Below, in pieces: positions 1 to 12,400 of a DNA stretch of 64,000 nucleotides (positions within the stretch are counted from its first letter, which is position 1; each line of letters begins with the position of its first letter). This stretch comes from Perkinsus olseni. Taxonomy: Eukaryota. The notes under the pieces were generated by a model that was not told the origin of the DNA, did no database searches, and worked only from the letters and a program-made list of their open reading frames with translations. A program made the position numbers and the translations under genes. The stretch spans positions 1 through 64,000 of the forward strand of contig JABANN010000046.1 in assembly GCA_013115125.1 (NCBI GenBank), read 5' to 3'.

Positions 1-229
1 CTGTGTGTGATTTACATCCACTAGAACCCCAACACTTCGTGTGCGCACTTTACCACACATAGTATTCGACGCAGCGCGAACGCTGAGAAGCCGAAAATTT
101 CGAGATCGTGCAAAAAAACAATTCTGGATCGAAAATCGATTCTGAAACCGCATTTTACGCGTAAAAATCAATTCCAGAATGGCTTCTAAGTTTTAAAGTT
201 AGTTTACTGAACAGGGGGTTCGTATTCAG

Positions 230-500
230 CCGATCGTATATCGCTCTTCCTCCGCGAGCACGTGCGAACATTCTCGAGTTGATGAGCAATTTTCACGGCC
301 TACTGGAGAAAACGTGAGCAAAGCATCAAAAGCCCGTGTACGAACCAGAGATGGCTTGGTCGAAGAACATACTTCGCACCAACGACTCGAGGATGGCTGT
401 GGAGGGATGGTGAAGACTGCAGACTAGCACGAAGCACTTAAGACAAATCTTGCGGAAGACCTCAATCTTGTCAATCTTACACATTCTTGCATTTCCTCAA
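230..500 (+). mobile_element. Possible degenerate MULE-like transposase remnant
   Basis: Stop-interrupted reading PEMAWSKNILRTNDSRMAVEGW*RL resembles the P..WS...RTNN.vEGWH.rl motif of Mutator-type transposases; recognised by eye only. Confidence 0.25.
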
Positions 501-1010
501 CCCAAGCTGCTCTAGCCAACGCATGCGCAAGCGTAGCATACCCTTCCCTCCCACGAACGGTGGCGAATTATCTCTAGGAGGCCCCTTCCCAACGTAGAAT
601 TTGATTCAAAAGCTGCACAACCTTTTTTTGGAAAATTGAATGAACGTTCGGACTGGGTCCTCTCCAAACTCGTGTGACTTCACACAGTACAACTGCTTGA
701 GTCGGTCCTGCGCCGTGCCCTGCGTCGCCCTCGCTTTGCCGCTCTTGCCGGCGGTCAAACGTGATCTTGCTCCGGTTCGACAATACTCCCAAAGTATTCT
801 CAGCTCCAGTAGAATCCGTTGATGCTGAGAGTCCTTATATCTATATCCATATATCTAGGAAGTTGGGGAATAACTGGTAAATCCACAAGGAGGGAGTTGA
901 CTCGAGAGAAATTCGGAGAAAACCCATCTCGTTGTGGATTAAGGATGAACGTATGTTCAACAGCAGTGACAATGAAGGTAGTTGTTACTATAGTGCATAC
1001 TCATGGTACG

Positions 1011-1049
1011 GCATGCGAAGCAGACGTGATACCTCTAAACCGCGCACCT
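1011..1049 (-). pseudogene. Truncated, degenerate 5' half of tRNA-Ala (CGC-type anticodon)
   Basis: Reverse complement AGGTGCGCGGTTTAGAGGTATCACGTCTGCTTCGCATGC parallels the adjacent tRNA-Ala; no T arm. Confidence 0.6.
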
Positions 1050-1127
1050 AATAGTAGGGGTCCTATGCCATGTCCGCATGTAGACCTGTCATGACGTGAT
1101 GCTCATGAGCCCTCGAGCATGAGAGCA

Positions 1128-1199
1128 TGGACGTAACGAGGTTTGAACTCGGGGCCTTCTGCATGCAAAGCAGACGTGATACCACTACACCACACGCCC
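1128..1199 (-). tRNA. tRNA-Ala (TGC)
   Basis: GGGCGTGTGGTGTAGTGGTATCACGTCTGCTTTGCATGCAGAAGGCCCCGAGTTCAAACCTCGTTACGTCCA folds to a cloverleaf with G3:U70 Ala identity pair and TGC anticodon; one mismatch at the base of the T stem. Confidence 0.9.
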
Positions 1200-1610
1200 G
1201 ATGGATAACAAGGTCTTATGCAGTCTCCCGCGCTGATATTCCGGCAACCAATCATAGCATCACGAAGTACTTGGACGTAACAGAGAGCTAGTCGTTGTAT
1301 GATTCTCTTTCTACTCAGCAGCACTTCTCTCACAACACTACAAAGATGTCACGGAGTGAAAGATCCCGAGAACGGGCTTAGTGGGGCACCCAACGGAGCG
1401 ACGCCTCCAATCGTGATTGCTACTGCTACGTACAGTTGAACCGTTGTACGTTTGTTCCTCTGACGGTGATCCTCACGGGAAGGCAGTCAGAACAACAACG
1501 GCCTTCCACGGTGGAAGGTAGCTCTCATCATCAGATTTGCGACTTGGATTTGGTATCATGGTAGGCGAAACGGCCAGCCTACAACAGTCGGACGTCAAAA
1601 TCCGTCACTG

Positions 1611-1795
1611 CAGCGAAATTGAAAATACTACCAGCGAAATTAGTTTCCACATTTCGTCGAAATTGGACTTACTTCGGGTGTGCCGGCGAAATTGATTGTC
1701 CTATCGCGCGCGCTGCCGAGATTGATCTTACTAGGGCATATCTAGGCACGGGTGATCGCTCGCCCTGCGAAATTGATCTTACTGATCGCGAAATA
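1611..1795 (+). repeat. Cluster of about 7 short direct repeats CGAAATT(G)/GAGATTGATCTTACT, resembling transposon subterminal repeats
   Basis: Motif recurs at irregular 15-60 bp spacing. Confidence 0.55.
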
Positions 1796-3876
1796 GGCCT
1801 TCGAAAGGTGTAGTGGCTAAGTTAGCCATGACAGAGTAGCACACTATCCTTAACAGTCCCCGGGATTGCTAAGCATAGGGACTGGGTCCCGCTCAACAAG
1901 CACACACATCGGGACAACCAAGAACCAACGCCCAGATCGAGGACTAATCGTCAAGAGCAACACAACACAACTCGCCATAGAAACGTGATGCTCGAGAAAA
2001 GAACGATGCTGGTTTAGTGTGGCAGTACGGTGATATGACCGTGGATAGCAAGGCACCATCCAGGGGGGCCCGTTCGACTGAGCTCTGCTCGTGGCGAATT
2101 AGATTTTTGCACCTAACGCGTTATTACCGCCTGCTGTGATTGGCTTCGAGCGTGTGGCGAATGAGATCGACTGGCCCGGACGTGCTGCGTTCGTCAGGGC
2201 ACCGCGTCAAGAATACGAGGTGGGCAAGCATATAGACTTTACTATGATGTCCTCTCTTGCTGGTATTTTTATTGACCAACTCCGTATTGTTGGATATAAA
2301 GATAAGGGAATGTTAGGGTGCCTTCAAGTAGGGCACAAGGGAACGGGTCGTCCCCGCTCTGGCTCCTGTAGGTTTACCGAACCGGCCATTTTGCCGCTGT
2401 GGGTCAGCCAGCAGCTGCACAACTGATCATCAATGATTTTATTAGCGGCGTCCTCGGGCCCGTTTTCTCTACGGCTGCATCAGAGGATGATAACGTTGAC
2501 GAATGATGAGATGGAACTACGGATTCGTCTTCTCTTCGAAGCCCTGCCGGAGCTTCTAATCTCCATATTTTGAGAGCCTTTTGTTTGTTCCGAGTTGCTC
2601 ATCCGTCCATCTGAGAGATTTGGCTGACGCCTTTTTGCGTCGCTCTTTAACAATCTCCACTGTGTATTGAATATCAAGTCGTTCTTCAACTAATTTCTTG
2701 AGCTTACGATATACTTTTCGTCTCGAAGTACCCTTCCCTGGATTGAGTTAGTGACCACGTTCATGTGACTCGCACTTCGAAGTTAAGTTAACTTAGTTAA
2801 CGAGGCGATCAATGTACGGGTTTGTGACCGCCCGGTGGAAGCTTCCTCCACGACCGACATTCGTGACTGGATGGACTCCATCTGCGGCGCGTCATCGACC
2901 CCGTCTAGACGAGCGCACCGATGACGATACTTCCCCAAGTCCTCGCGAGCGGGCTGGAGCTGCGCGTCTTCGGCTGACAACAGTGACTACCGCTGCCAGC
3001 CACCGAGTTCCTGCGATGTCAAACCGCGAAGTATCGGCTGTATGAAGGAGAACCTCAAAGTCCTCGCCCAAATTTGAGGGCTAGATTCAGTCATCGTAGA
3101 AGCTAATGCGGGGCGATTGATCCGTGATTGATTCCTCCCGCACCGCCAACTGCCGAGTGCGTGTAAGTGAACCCTTTCCCGTACTCCCCAGTGTCACGAA
3201 AGACCCGAGAGTCCTTCTGATGCTGATGGCCTGAACCGCATCAATGCACGGCCCAGACAAAGCCCTAACTAACAGATACTGCGAGACGACAAGTCTCTAC
3301 CTTTCCATTGTTGCACTGTCACCGTTGGAACGGCAGAAGGGGTTTTCATGAACCACTGGCCATCATCGGACTGCGCATACGGTTCTAGGTGCGACGAAGA
3401 TCGATTAACGGGAATGACAATGTCGTGGACCAACTCCCGTTAGTCGCACCCTACATCTTTATGCATATCCGCCCTCCCCCCCCCATCTCTTTCATCAATC
3501 CATGCCGCTGATGTGCATCGCCAAAGCGCGACGAAAGAATTCCGAGACCGTCACAGAAGCGAAGCGGCCGTACAGCGAGTGGACGGAGGATATACTGCAA
3601 CGATGCTCGAGCAAACATCAGCCGTGAATGAGTGGTCGGAGACGAACCCATAACACCCTAAGCCTAGAGATGACCTTGCTAAGGTAACACTTATGCCCAG
3701 ATTGGCAACCATCGTGCACACCAACCTGCGACAACAACGCAACAGACCCCGCTTTAAAGACGTAAATAGGTGAGGCAGCCGAATGATGCTGATTCAATGT
3801 GATGATACGCTGTTATGACAGTGCAGCAGAAGATCCATTAGTGGAGCCCTCCTAGCAGGATTATCTTCGCGACGGC

Positions 3877-6183
3877 TTAGAAAGTATCAGCCAATGCTTT
3901 AACTTCCTCATCAATACTCAGGTCCTTGAAGTGCTCAATTTCCGCCTTCTTCACGGCCACGAAATTCTTAATTATAGTCTTCCCAAATGCCCCTCCAATC
4001 ACAGTGTCCGACTTCAGACGGTCAACCGCGGAGGCCAAATCTCGTGGTAGCGACTCGTACTCCGCAGCACGGTCGGCCAAGTCACATCGCACCGGCGGAG
4101 GCAAAGGGCTGCCCTTCTTGATACCATTCAAACCGCAGGCAATGATAGCGGCCATCGCAAGATACGGGTTACAGGTGGCGTCCATGCATTTCACTTCAAA
4201 GTTGTTAGGCAGACCTGTAGCATTAGCAGTAAAAGTGTCGATGCCACACAGTCTAATAGGGGCCTCCTTGTCCTCGTATCCCCAGCAACGATAAGTGCCA
4301 GCCCAATAGCCATCGACCATCCTTCGGAAGGAGTTCGTTGTCGGCATTGTGACAGCAGTGAGAGCACACAGGTGGTCCAACACGCCCGCCATAAAGTGAC
4401 CGCCCTTTGCAGACAAGCCGTACGGGCCGCTCGGAGAGACGAGGGCGTTGGCGGATCCGCTCAGCTGCCTTCCTTCCGAGTCAACCTCATAGAAACTCCA
4501 GTGAGAATGCAAACCAGAACCAACCGCAGTCTCGCTTAGCTTCGGCAAGAGACATAGACCAAGGCCATGCTTATCGGCAAGTCTACGCAGCGTCTGTCGA
4601 ATAGTGACCACCGAGTCGGCCATTTTCACAGGCTCATCGCAGTGCTTCACAGCAAGCTCGTATTGGCCCCATGAGGCTTCGGCGTGACACACGTCAATCG
4701 GACGGCACCCATTGGGTTGGTCCTTCAAGGAGGCGAGAAGATCAGCGACGAAGCTCTCGAGGCGTGGCTCGGACATGGCAGCATCATCAGCGAAATTACA
4801 CCGCCGTCCAAGCGGTTTGAAGGGCATACCAGTCGGGGCCTCTGCGCCCTTCTCGAAGAGCATAAACTCGATCTCAACGCCACACTGGATGCGAAGGCCG
4901 AACTCCTTCTCAGCTCGCAGGCATTGCTCTGCTAGCACGGATCGCGGGCACAGTCCAGGCCGACCGGATACTGGATCGAACAGGTTACCGTAGACATAAG
5001 CGACCTTCCGAGAGGTCCCGGGTTCAACTCTAGCACCCGGCAGTATGCCAAGAGTGGAGAAATCACCGAGCAAATTATGGGAGCCCTGGGCCGAAGCGTC
5101 TCCGCAGATAACATCTCCGAAGCTAGGCAAGGCGTTCACGCAGGAAACAAAGGGCACCCCTTTGAGGAGATCCGTCACAGTGCAGCTGTCGTGCAAGACA
5201 ACCGACTTGCTTCTGATCTGGCCACCGACATCACAGGTCACATACCGCAACATCCCCACATCCATGACCCGAAGGGAGTGCAAGAGTGCCTGGCCGAGAC
5301 CAAACTGGTCACCAGAAAACTCCATCTTAGACGGAAGAAAGTACTTGTAGTTGCACTCAACCTCAGGAAGGGCATTCAAAACACCAACACTAGTCTGTGT
5401 CGAGGCCGGAGCGGCCACCACGTGGTTCTTGGTCTCACGATCAGTGCCAGCCGAGCATGGACTGTCGGCGATCTCTATCAAGGCTTCGCGCGTCGTGAGA
5501 ACCCTCGCAAAACCTGCCATGTTCTTGAGGCCAGTGATATGGTCCTCCTCACTAAGGGCGACGCAGGCATCTTCCACCACCGTTACGAGGTACCCCAGGT
5601 CGGCAGCGTCACGGACACAGGACTCCACACACTGGTTAGTCAGCTGACCGACGACCAACAAGTGCTTCACACCGAGGTTGCGGAGGACGTAGTCGATGTT
5701 AGTGCTTTGAAACACCGAGCAAGAAGTCTTCGGCAATAGAATGTCATCGGCTTCCGGTTTGATTTGGGTAAGGATCTGAGCCCCTGGGCTGCCTTTGGGA
5801 ACAAGCAAGGGCCGCGAGGGGCCACCGGACAGCTTGTAGTCCAGACTAGCATCTCGGCAGTCACTCGTGAGGGCCTCTACGTACGTGTAGATTACCTCAT
5901 TCTTCACCTTGTGCTCTCTAGCACACCGCAGCAACTGGGCGATGTTGGTTACCATCGAATCGAGCTTGTCGAAAAAGTAGGGGGAGTCAGAAGGCTGGAG
6001 GTCCGTCCAGACGCCCTCCCCGCGGACCGAGCATTGACGCTGGACGTCGATGACCAAAACCGCACTCTTGCCGTAGGAACCAAGAGGCACATTACGATCG
6101 GACGGAGTAAGGGCATCCCAATCAGCACGACCAGGCACAACTTGGGCAGAGCAATGGCCTGTCATGTGATTAAAACGTTCCAC
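3877..6183 (-). CDS. Isochorismatase-like cysteine hydrolase fused to a glutamine synthetase type I-like (NodGS/FluG-type) domain; large terminal exon, true start probably in a short upstream exon
   Basis: N-half has the D-K-C triad (VLVIDVQ, LPKTS, QCVES, AADLGY). C-half has GVEIEF, HAEASWGQYE, GSGLHSHWS, NSFRR, NFEVKCMDATCNPYLAMAA. A splice-acceptor-like tcctcag lies at the ORF start. Confidence 0.9.
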   Translation of the reverse strand: MERFNHMTGHCSAQVVPGRADWDALTPSDRNVPLGSYGKSAVLVIDVQRQCSVRGEGVWTDLQPSDSPYFFDKLDSMVTNIAQLLRCAREHKVKNEVIYTYVEALTSDCRDASLDYKLSGGPSRPLLVPKGSPGAQILTQIKPEADDILLPKTSCSVFQSTNIDYVLRNLGVKHLLVVGQLTNQCVESCVRDAADLGYLVTVVEDACVALSEEDHITGLKNMAGFARVLTTREALIEIADSPCSAGTDRETKNHVVAAPASTQTSVGVLNALPEVECNYKYFLPSKMEFSGDQFGLGQALLHSLRVMDVGMLRYVTCDVGGQIRSKSVVLHDSCTVTDLLKGVPFVSCVNALPSFGDVICGDASAQGSHNLLGDFSTLGILPGARVEPGTSRKVAYVYGNLFDPVSGRPGLCPRSVLAEQCLRAEKEFGLRIQCGVEIEFMLFEKGAEAPTGMPFKPLGRRCNFADDAAMSEPRLESFVADLLASLKDQPNGCRPIDVCHAEASWGQYELAVKHCDEPVKMADSVVTIRQTLRRLADKHGLGLCLLPKLSETAVGSGLHSHWSFYEVDSEGRQLSGSANALVSPSGPYGLSAKGGHFMAGVLDHLCALTAVTMPTTNSFRRMVDGYWAGTYRCWGYEDKEAPIRLCGIDTFTANATGLPNNFEVKCMDATCNPYLAMAAIIACGLNGIKKGSPLPPPVRCDLADRAAEYESLPRDLASAVDRLKSDTVIGGAFGKTIIKNFVAVKKAEIEHFKDLSIDEEVKALADTF

Positions 6184-7185
6184 TGAGGAAAAGGACAGTT
6201 AGTCTCGGGTAAACGATAGTCTGACAGCAGAACACGTGAAAAGGATGATGTCCGCAGTGACCATAAAATGCACGCCCACATAACAGGACCGCTCACTGTC
6301 GAGCGCACGGAGCGCCACAAGGTGGCGGTTGAGTCGCACTAGCTGCCCAAGAGAAGGTGCTTCAACGAACCCGTCCTGAACCGGCCTCGCGGGAGCGGTT
6401 TAACAACACTGTACACCGGTTAGCTCACAACGATAAATCCTGGTTGCTCAAATTATTCTGGTTGCAATCGACGAAATCACTAGCAAACACAGAAGGGATG
6501 GCCGACGCAACTTTCCGTTCGGGTCAATAGGGTCTGATGGAAGTAGCGTCAGTCGACAACGTGCTCGAGCAATCAGCATCGGAATGGCTAGAGGCTGCGC
6601 AAGAGAGCCTGACAACTTAACCGGAAATTTTTTCGACTAGTTTCGGTTCGTCTCCGAACCAGTTGGTATAATCAATTGTCTCATTCGACAATGATTGCGA
6701 AGCTTGTCCAAAACTTTCTAGCCCGAGTTCAGCTACGAGTTGGCAGCAGCATGAGTGACGTACGCTTCCTCCGAGGGATTGAGTGACGCCAATTTTTGCC
6801 CATGGTCGCTGGTGAGCCTTTAAGCACTTCTTTGCGTTGCTCCACAACCGCGAGAAGCGCAATGCCCGCACTCGCACTTTTTCCTATTTTCGACCCCCAC
6901 GCGGAACACGCGGAGCAACTGACGCCGCTTCGAAGACACGTTCCTGGCCTCTGATACACGGTATTCCATAGAATCACACTCGACCAGATGCCCGATAGAA
7001 TTAACCGAAAACGTAGTATAAATTCGAGTGGCTAAAACCCTCCGCCACAGATCACTTCTCACCACAAGACTGCATCAAGCTCCGGGCGTCCGCATTCGCC
7101 TCCGAAGCAACAACTTACTAAACCCAACACAATGTCACCATCAGAAACTAGCAGCAGTATAAGTTCAAGTGTACTCATCGGCCTT

Positions 7186-7380
7186 CTACTGTCTCGGGTT
7201 CTCCGGCATCTCCAACTCGTCACCCAAGCGTATCATCAGGTAGATAGAGAGCGCGAAGCCAATAGCCCTGATGAAGCTGCTTCGACACAATCCAGCCGGT
7301 CGGGCCTACCTCAGGGGCGCCTTGTACTTCGGGGCAATGTACTCCTTAGGAGGAGGTGCCATCATACCAGGGAACATCAT
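7186..7380 (-). CDS. 50-aa single-transmembrane micro-protein, TOM6/TOM5-like (exons 7380-7310, 7267-7186)
   Basis: Splicing a 42-nt GT-AG intron (7309-7268) gives MMFPGMMAPPPKEYIAPKYKAPLRAIGFALSIYLMIRLGDELEMPENPRQ*. Confidence 0.55.
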
Positions 7381-7517
7381 ATTGGTAGGGGTAGTGGTAA
7401 CGGAAAAAGTGCTAGATGAGACTCCAAGCCGTACACAACACAACACTGTTGATCCATGGTCCATCTCAATGTTACACCGCGCACGCCATAGGAAACCACG
7501 CTGTTGAATGACTGTCA

Positions 7518-10500
7518 TCAAGAGCCGCTCTGCTGGGTGCCTCCGAGAGAGGACTGCTGAGAGTACAAGTCCCCACAGAGAGTCACCACACTTCGCGACT
7601 CGGACGTGAAGTCTCCGTTCGCACCGTCCATGCTGTCTTCCACCTTGACGAGTATCTCACTGCCGCCCTGATGAAAGACACCCAGGTTCGATCCCATCCT
7701 CTACCATTTCTCCCGTCATTTACCTGCACTCCAGTGCTATCAAACGACGCTATCTTCTCTGCATCCTTGATACAGTTACCGCCTAGCCACAGGCTTACCT
7801 GCTCGAATACCCCATCACCACACACCAGGAAAACCCGAAATAAACTCACCCTCGCTCCGCTAGCCCCCGTGGAAACCGCCGTCAGCAAGCGATTGGCGCA
7901 GACGTCTGTGAGGTGATTTTCCGACAAGTCCAGGGACAGCGTCGGATGCCGAAGCACGTACCTGCGTAGTAGCTAACCTATACAGCATGAACCTAGACAC
8001 AGCAGTGGCCAAGAGTGGCTCCAACGAACAGCCATCAAGACTTGCTCGCACTCACGTCATAATGAACTCAGAAAGCACATCGGTCATATTATCAGTCAGG
8101 CCGAGATTCCGGAGAGTTATGGTATCCACTGTCGTCCCCAGCCGGAGCGTAGTCAAGAGGATCTTCGCCACCAAGGGCATCTTGCAGTTAGTCACAACCT
8201 GCACACCTTACCGTACTGACACCATAGACGCCCTACCGGAAAGTACCAAATTCTTGATCCGTTGCCCGCCGGGCATGAGCTTGGTGCCGACCCCCACCCC
8301 GAGGCCCATGCCCCCCACGGACTTCGACAGCTCCTCTCGATCCATCTCGCCGTCCACAGTCACTAAGGCATCGTAAGGTACCTACGGCGGAGCGATGGAA
8401 TGAAGACCGAATGAGAAGGTATTATTACATCATTGAGTTGCTCGTTGAGGAACTGAACTAGACTGCCGGGCTGCTTGGAGTCCACTGAGGCCTCCTCAGC
8501 GCGGAAGGACTCAGGCACCACTGGGCCAATAACCTGGGTAGGGAGGATCGGAAAAAATGCCGGGCCCGGGGGTCGAACCAGGGACCTACCTGCCATCCCT
8601 TCTGCTGCAAGGCCTTCGCCCTCAGCACAGTCCAGCCAGTTTTTTGATACCGTTTGGTGTGAACGTTAAACAAGGCATCGGGCTCGACCACGATGGCAGT
8701 CTACCAGAACAACGAAAATAAAAAATCTCTCACAACAAGCAACATGAATAAGCCTGCTTACCATATATTGCGGCAAGGCCATGTCGGCGTTCACCACGCC
8801 ATCCACAACATAGTCTGTCGTCACTGACTCCGAGGAGTACCTTATGAGCGAAGAAAAAGGTGTAACAGGTATTCGAACCAACAGCCTTCCAATGTCCAAA
8901 CGAGGATCTTAACGGAATGAACTAGAAGAGCCCTCCAATTGCTGAGCCCCCTTTACCCCAACAACGTGATGGCCTCCCGAACTCTTTGAACCCCCGATGG
9001 CACGATCTTCTCCTTGCCTCGAGCCTCCACCATACCCTTCCTCAAAACATTCAGCGCAGCCGTGTCGCTCGGCAGCAAACACAACCAGACCAACATGCGC
9101 CTCCACGACGGAGCCTGCGCATGATGAGTAACCCTGACTTCGTCAAATGCAGGACCAGGAAGAACATACCTGGTCTTCGGGTAAGTCCAAGATCCTTTGC
9201 CTGTGCTGCCTAAGCAACATTGTGGCCTCCGGGCTACCCGTGCCATGCTCGGCAGCTGAAACGACAGAACATCCACAGACAGCGACAGCGATGCGACTAG
9301 TTCGACTTGTTGGAACAGGTAGCATCAAAACACCCTATAGCGGCTCTGCTTATGACTCTTGAAGATCCAGAAAAAAAACACGGTGTTCGACAATCTCCAG
9401 CGGCCTCCGGTCGCTTCCACTCACAATTTCCAACGACGAGTCTCCCAATGGCAGTCCTTTTCAAGCGCGAACCCAAACTATCTCTAGTGGTGGTAGCGGT
9501 CGGAAGCCGATACCGCGACACAAAACGTAGAAAGAACCCCTTCATGCATTACCGGTGACAGCACTCGCCGAAAGCACTGCGAAGATCGCCTTCGCGTCAC
9601 TCTCGTAAAGCGATCTTTTCTCAGCGAAAAGCCTCTTGCACGTGTTGGACCTGCAGACATACCATCACCGCCCTACCCAGTCCCTCTGCTCCTACCTAGG
9701 ATCGGTAGCCAAGGCGATGGCCTCGGCCAGCTCCTCGACGTCCGAGGCTCTCTCCAACTTCGTCAAGGGACGCTTACTCACCAACTGACGCAGAGGGAGA
9801 GTAAAGGGTGCTCACTACGACTAGCACTAGCGTACCGAATCATGAGTGGTCCCCAGAGACATCAGCGCCCTGATTGCACCAGGTACCGATATCGGGCCTG
9901 CGAGGGTGAACAGAGTTATACCCGGACGGCCCGTTACAACGAAGTACCCTGCCCTCTGACGATCCTGTCTGTCAATGTAGTCCAAAGGCTAACCGAACCC
10001 CCACCAGCGATCGCTATGCCCTGTCCCGTCACCGCGCCGGAGGCCTGGAGGGAGATCGATCCAGGGACGCATGAATGGCAGATGTAGAGTACCCACCCTT
10101 GCCCGATTCGTCAGCAATCTCGCTAGATGCTTGGCCAGCTGTTGAGTGTCCGCTGGCCTCGCTGCTGAGTTCTTAACAGCCTTCTCCGTCATGTTGGCGA
10201 GGGCCGTCACGAGCGGCTGGTCAACTTCCGGCAGACACGCTACTGCTCTTATTATCTGAGGTCACACAGAGCCACTCATAGTAGATGCACGCGTTGGTGT
10301 AATAGTAATACGATCGATCCGAGGTGCCTGCCATACGAGACAAAATCCCGAGAAAAAGAAGATACAATTTGCGAACAGGGAATCAGTGGGGAGCGTAAGC
10401 TCATCAGGAAAAATTTTGCCACTTTAGGTGGGATCTTAGGAGCATTATTTCTGTGTATAATGACTATACCGCGCACGATGATCATGTGACAACAGAATGA

Positions 10501-12400
10501 ATCATATTATTGCTCTCGTTGCGACGGAGAAAATCGCGGCTCGGAAGAATTGCTGTCGTGCCGGGGAGAAGGAAGGCCATTTCGCAATCGACGATAAGGC
10601 AATGGTAATTCCACATCGCCGTTGGAGCCCAATGGTGCTCACCTGCCACAGAGATCGGGCTCGGGATAGTTGATCGTACACTCCCCCAGGGGCCATCGCT
10701 GCACTGCTGTGGACACCGTTGGTTGGTACGACCAGATTGCTCTCCAGCCAGTCAACCAGGTGGTGAAGGAAGATACTCCCTGATGCCTTGTCGGGGCAAT
10801 CGTCAGCTTCCATACTAGCCGCTACGTAATTAGCAACCTAAAATTGGTAAACAATCACCGCTTCGCTCCGCTTACCGATTTCTATTACATCAATAACATC
10901 CTTAACAACCCATGCAGTCCCTCCAGGTACTCCACTGGGCCCGACAGACACCATCGCATCAGCAGCATGCTTAGCGCAGAGCCTCAGCAAGGAGGCGCTC
11001 TGGACCAGTCCGTGCAGATCATCTCCGCTGGGGTGTTGCCGTCCACCCGGCATCGGTGTGTGCGGAGGGGCGCAGGTCGCTGCCAGCAGCGCCACCAGCC
11101 TCGGCGAGGAGAACTCAGAAGACGCTTCAACTCGATTGCAGATAAGCGGTAGGATCTTCCTTCGGGCCGCATAGGTGAACTTCCAGTGGGAGCAGGTAGC
11201 GGTCGCGATCTCTTCCAAGTGACCCGAGTTCAAATCCGGCGCCTCGCACATTTTTCTCGCCATTTTCGTAGCGCAATTAACATCATCCACCGCAGGCGTC
11301 GAGAACACACTGACCATCAGCGAGGCAGAGCCAGCGTCCATCCTGGCGCTCGGCAGGGCGTGACTAGCCCGGTCCAAAATCAGGCGGAGCGAAGCTGGCA
11401 ATTTCGACGATACTCCCAAAGCGTTCATAGGTGGCGGGGTCGGGCTGACGACCAAATTGAATAGACACTGGCTGAGCGTTGATATCTCTATGTCCTCCAG
11501 GTTGGCCAGGAGGGCCCTGGAAAGACCGCTGCGCCACGAAATTCCGAGCGGGCCAGAAGAGTTGGGTCCGATGCCCAAAGACTTGGTTGACGTAGGAGTA
11601 TGCAGGATGCTAGTAGAGGCAGTAGGGCTCACAGGCGCCGAGGAGACAGGTGTGCCTAGAAGAAGTAGAACGCTTGGGAATTTGTGCATACCACTCCTTC
11701 CGCAAATCAGTGGCAAGTCCAATGCAAACGGCAAGCACCCCGTGAGCACTACCTGGTCGTAGAGGCGTTGGACCTCCGGGTGGGGTACCGGGCGGGCCAG
11801 CTTGCGCTGCAGCTGCTTCCAAACTCGCAAAGCTGCCCGCTATGGTCGATAATATTCTGACACCTCTAGCTACGAAAGGCAACACAATGAACATCAACTT
11901 ACTCTGGACGTAGGAGGGGCCCTAACAAGCTGACCTGTGCTGCTACCGCACCCGCAAGCTCGGACAGAATCTTTGGATGCACAGCCAGCATAGATCTAGC
12001 GCGGGAATATGAACAAGCCACAAGGCGACCGATGGATCGTACTTGTTCCGCTCAGCCACCACTACTAGTGCTCCCAGAGCAGGCCCGTCCAGGTCCGGTA
12101 TTATCGGGATGGATGCCTCGAATAGCTTTTCCGCCACCTGGATGGGGAGACTCGAGGTCTCCTCATTTTGCAGCAGGCTGTGAAGCAATACCACTACATC
12201 CCCTGATCATTGAGAGGAATTGGAACTCGAAAGGGGCTGGTCCGATATTACCAGGTCCGATTCCTCCGAGATCGGCGAAGAGCTCAGGCCCCTGCGGAAG
12301 AGGGCGAGTGGGCGGGGCGACCAGGGATAGGGCCGGGTCCCAACAGTTGTCGATTGTAGTGGATGCCGAGGAGGAATTTGGGGAGAGTTCAGCGTTGAGA
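7518..12400 (-). CDS. Large multi-exon helical protein with a RAP-like domain and C-terminal leucine-rich repeats (ends approximate)
   Basis: Spliced RAP-like segment VREAITLLG|YSSESVTTDYVVDGVV...IVVEPDALF...TVLRAKALQQKGWQ|VI; LRR segments ITLRNLGLTD, LDLSENHLTD, LWLGGNCIKD; many short GT-AG introns. Confidence 0.65.

Noticed and set aside
1850-3760. Possible retroelement UTR/gag-like remnant with coiled-coil-like broken frames
   Set aside because: No diagnostic motif, LTR pair or primer-binding site could be identified by eye
5010-5030. GAGGTCCCGGGTTCAACTC T-arm-like string
   Set aside because: Inside the open glutamine-synthetase-like exon; treated as a chance background hit and not counted
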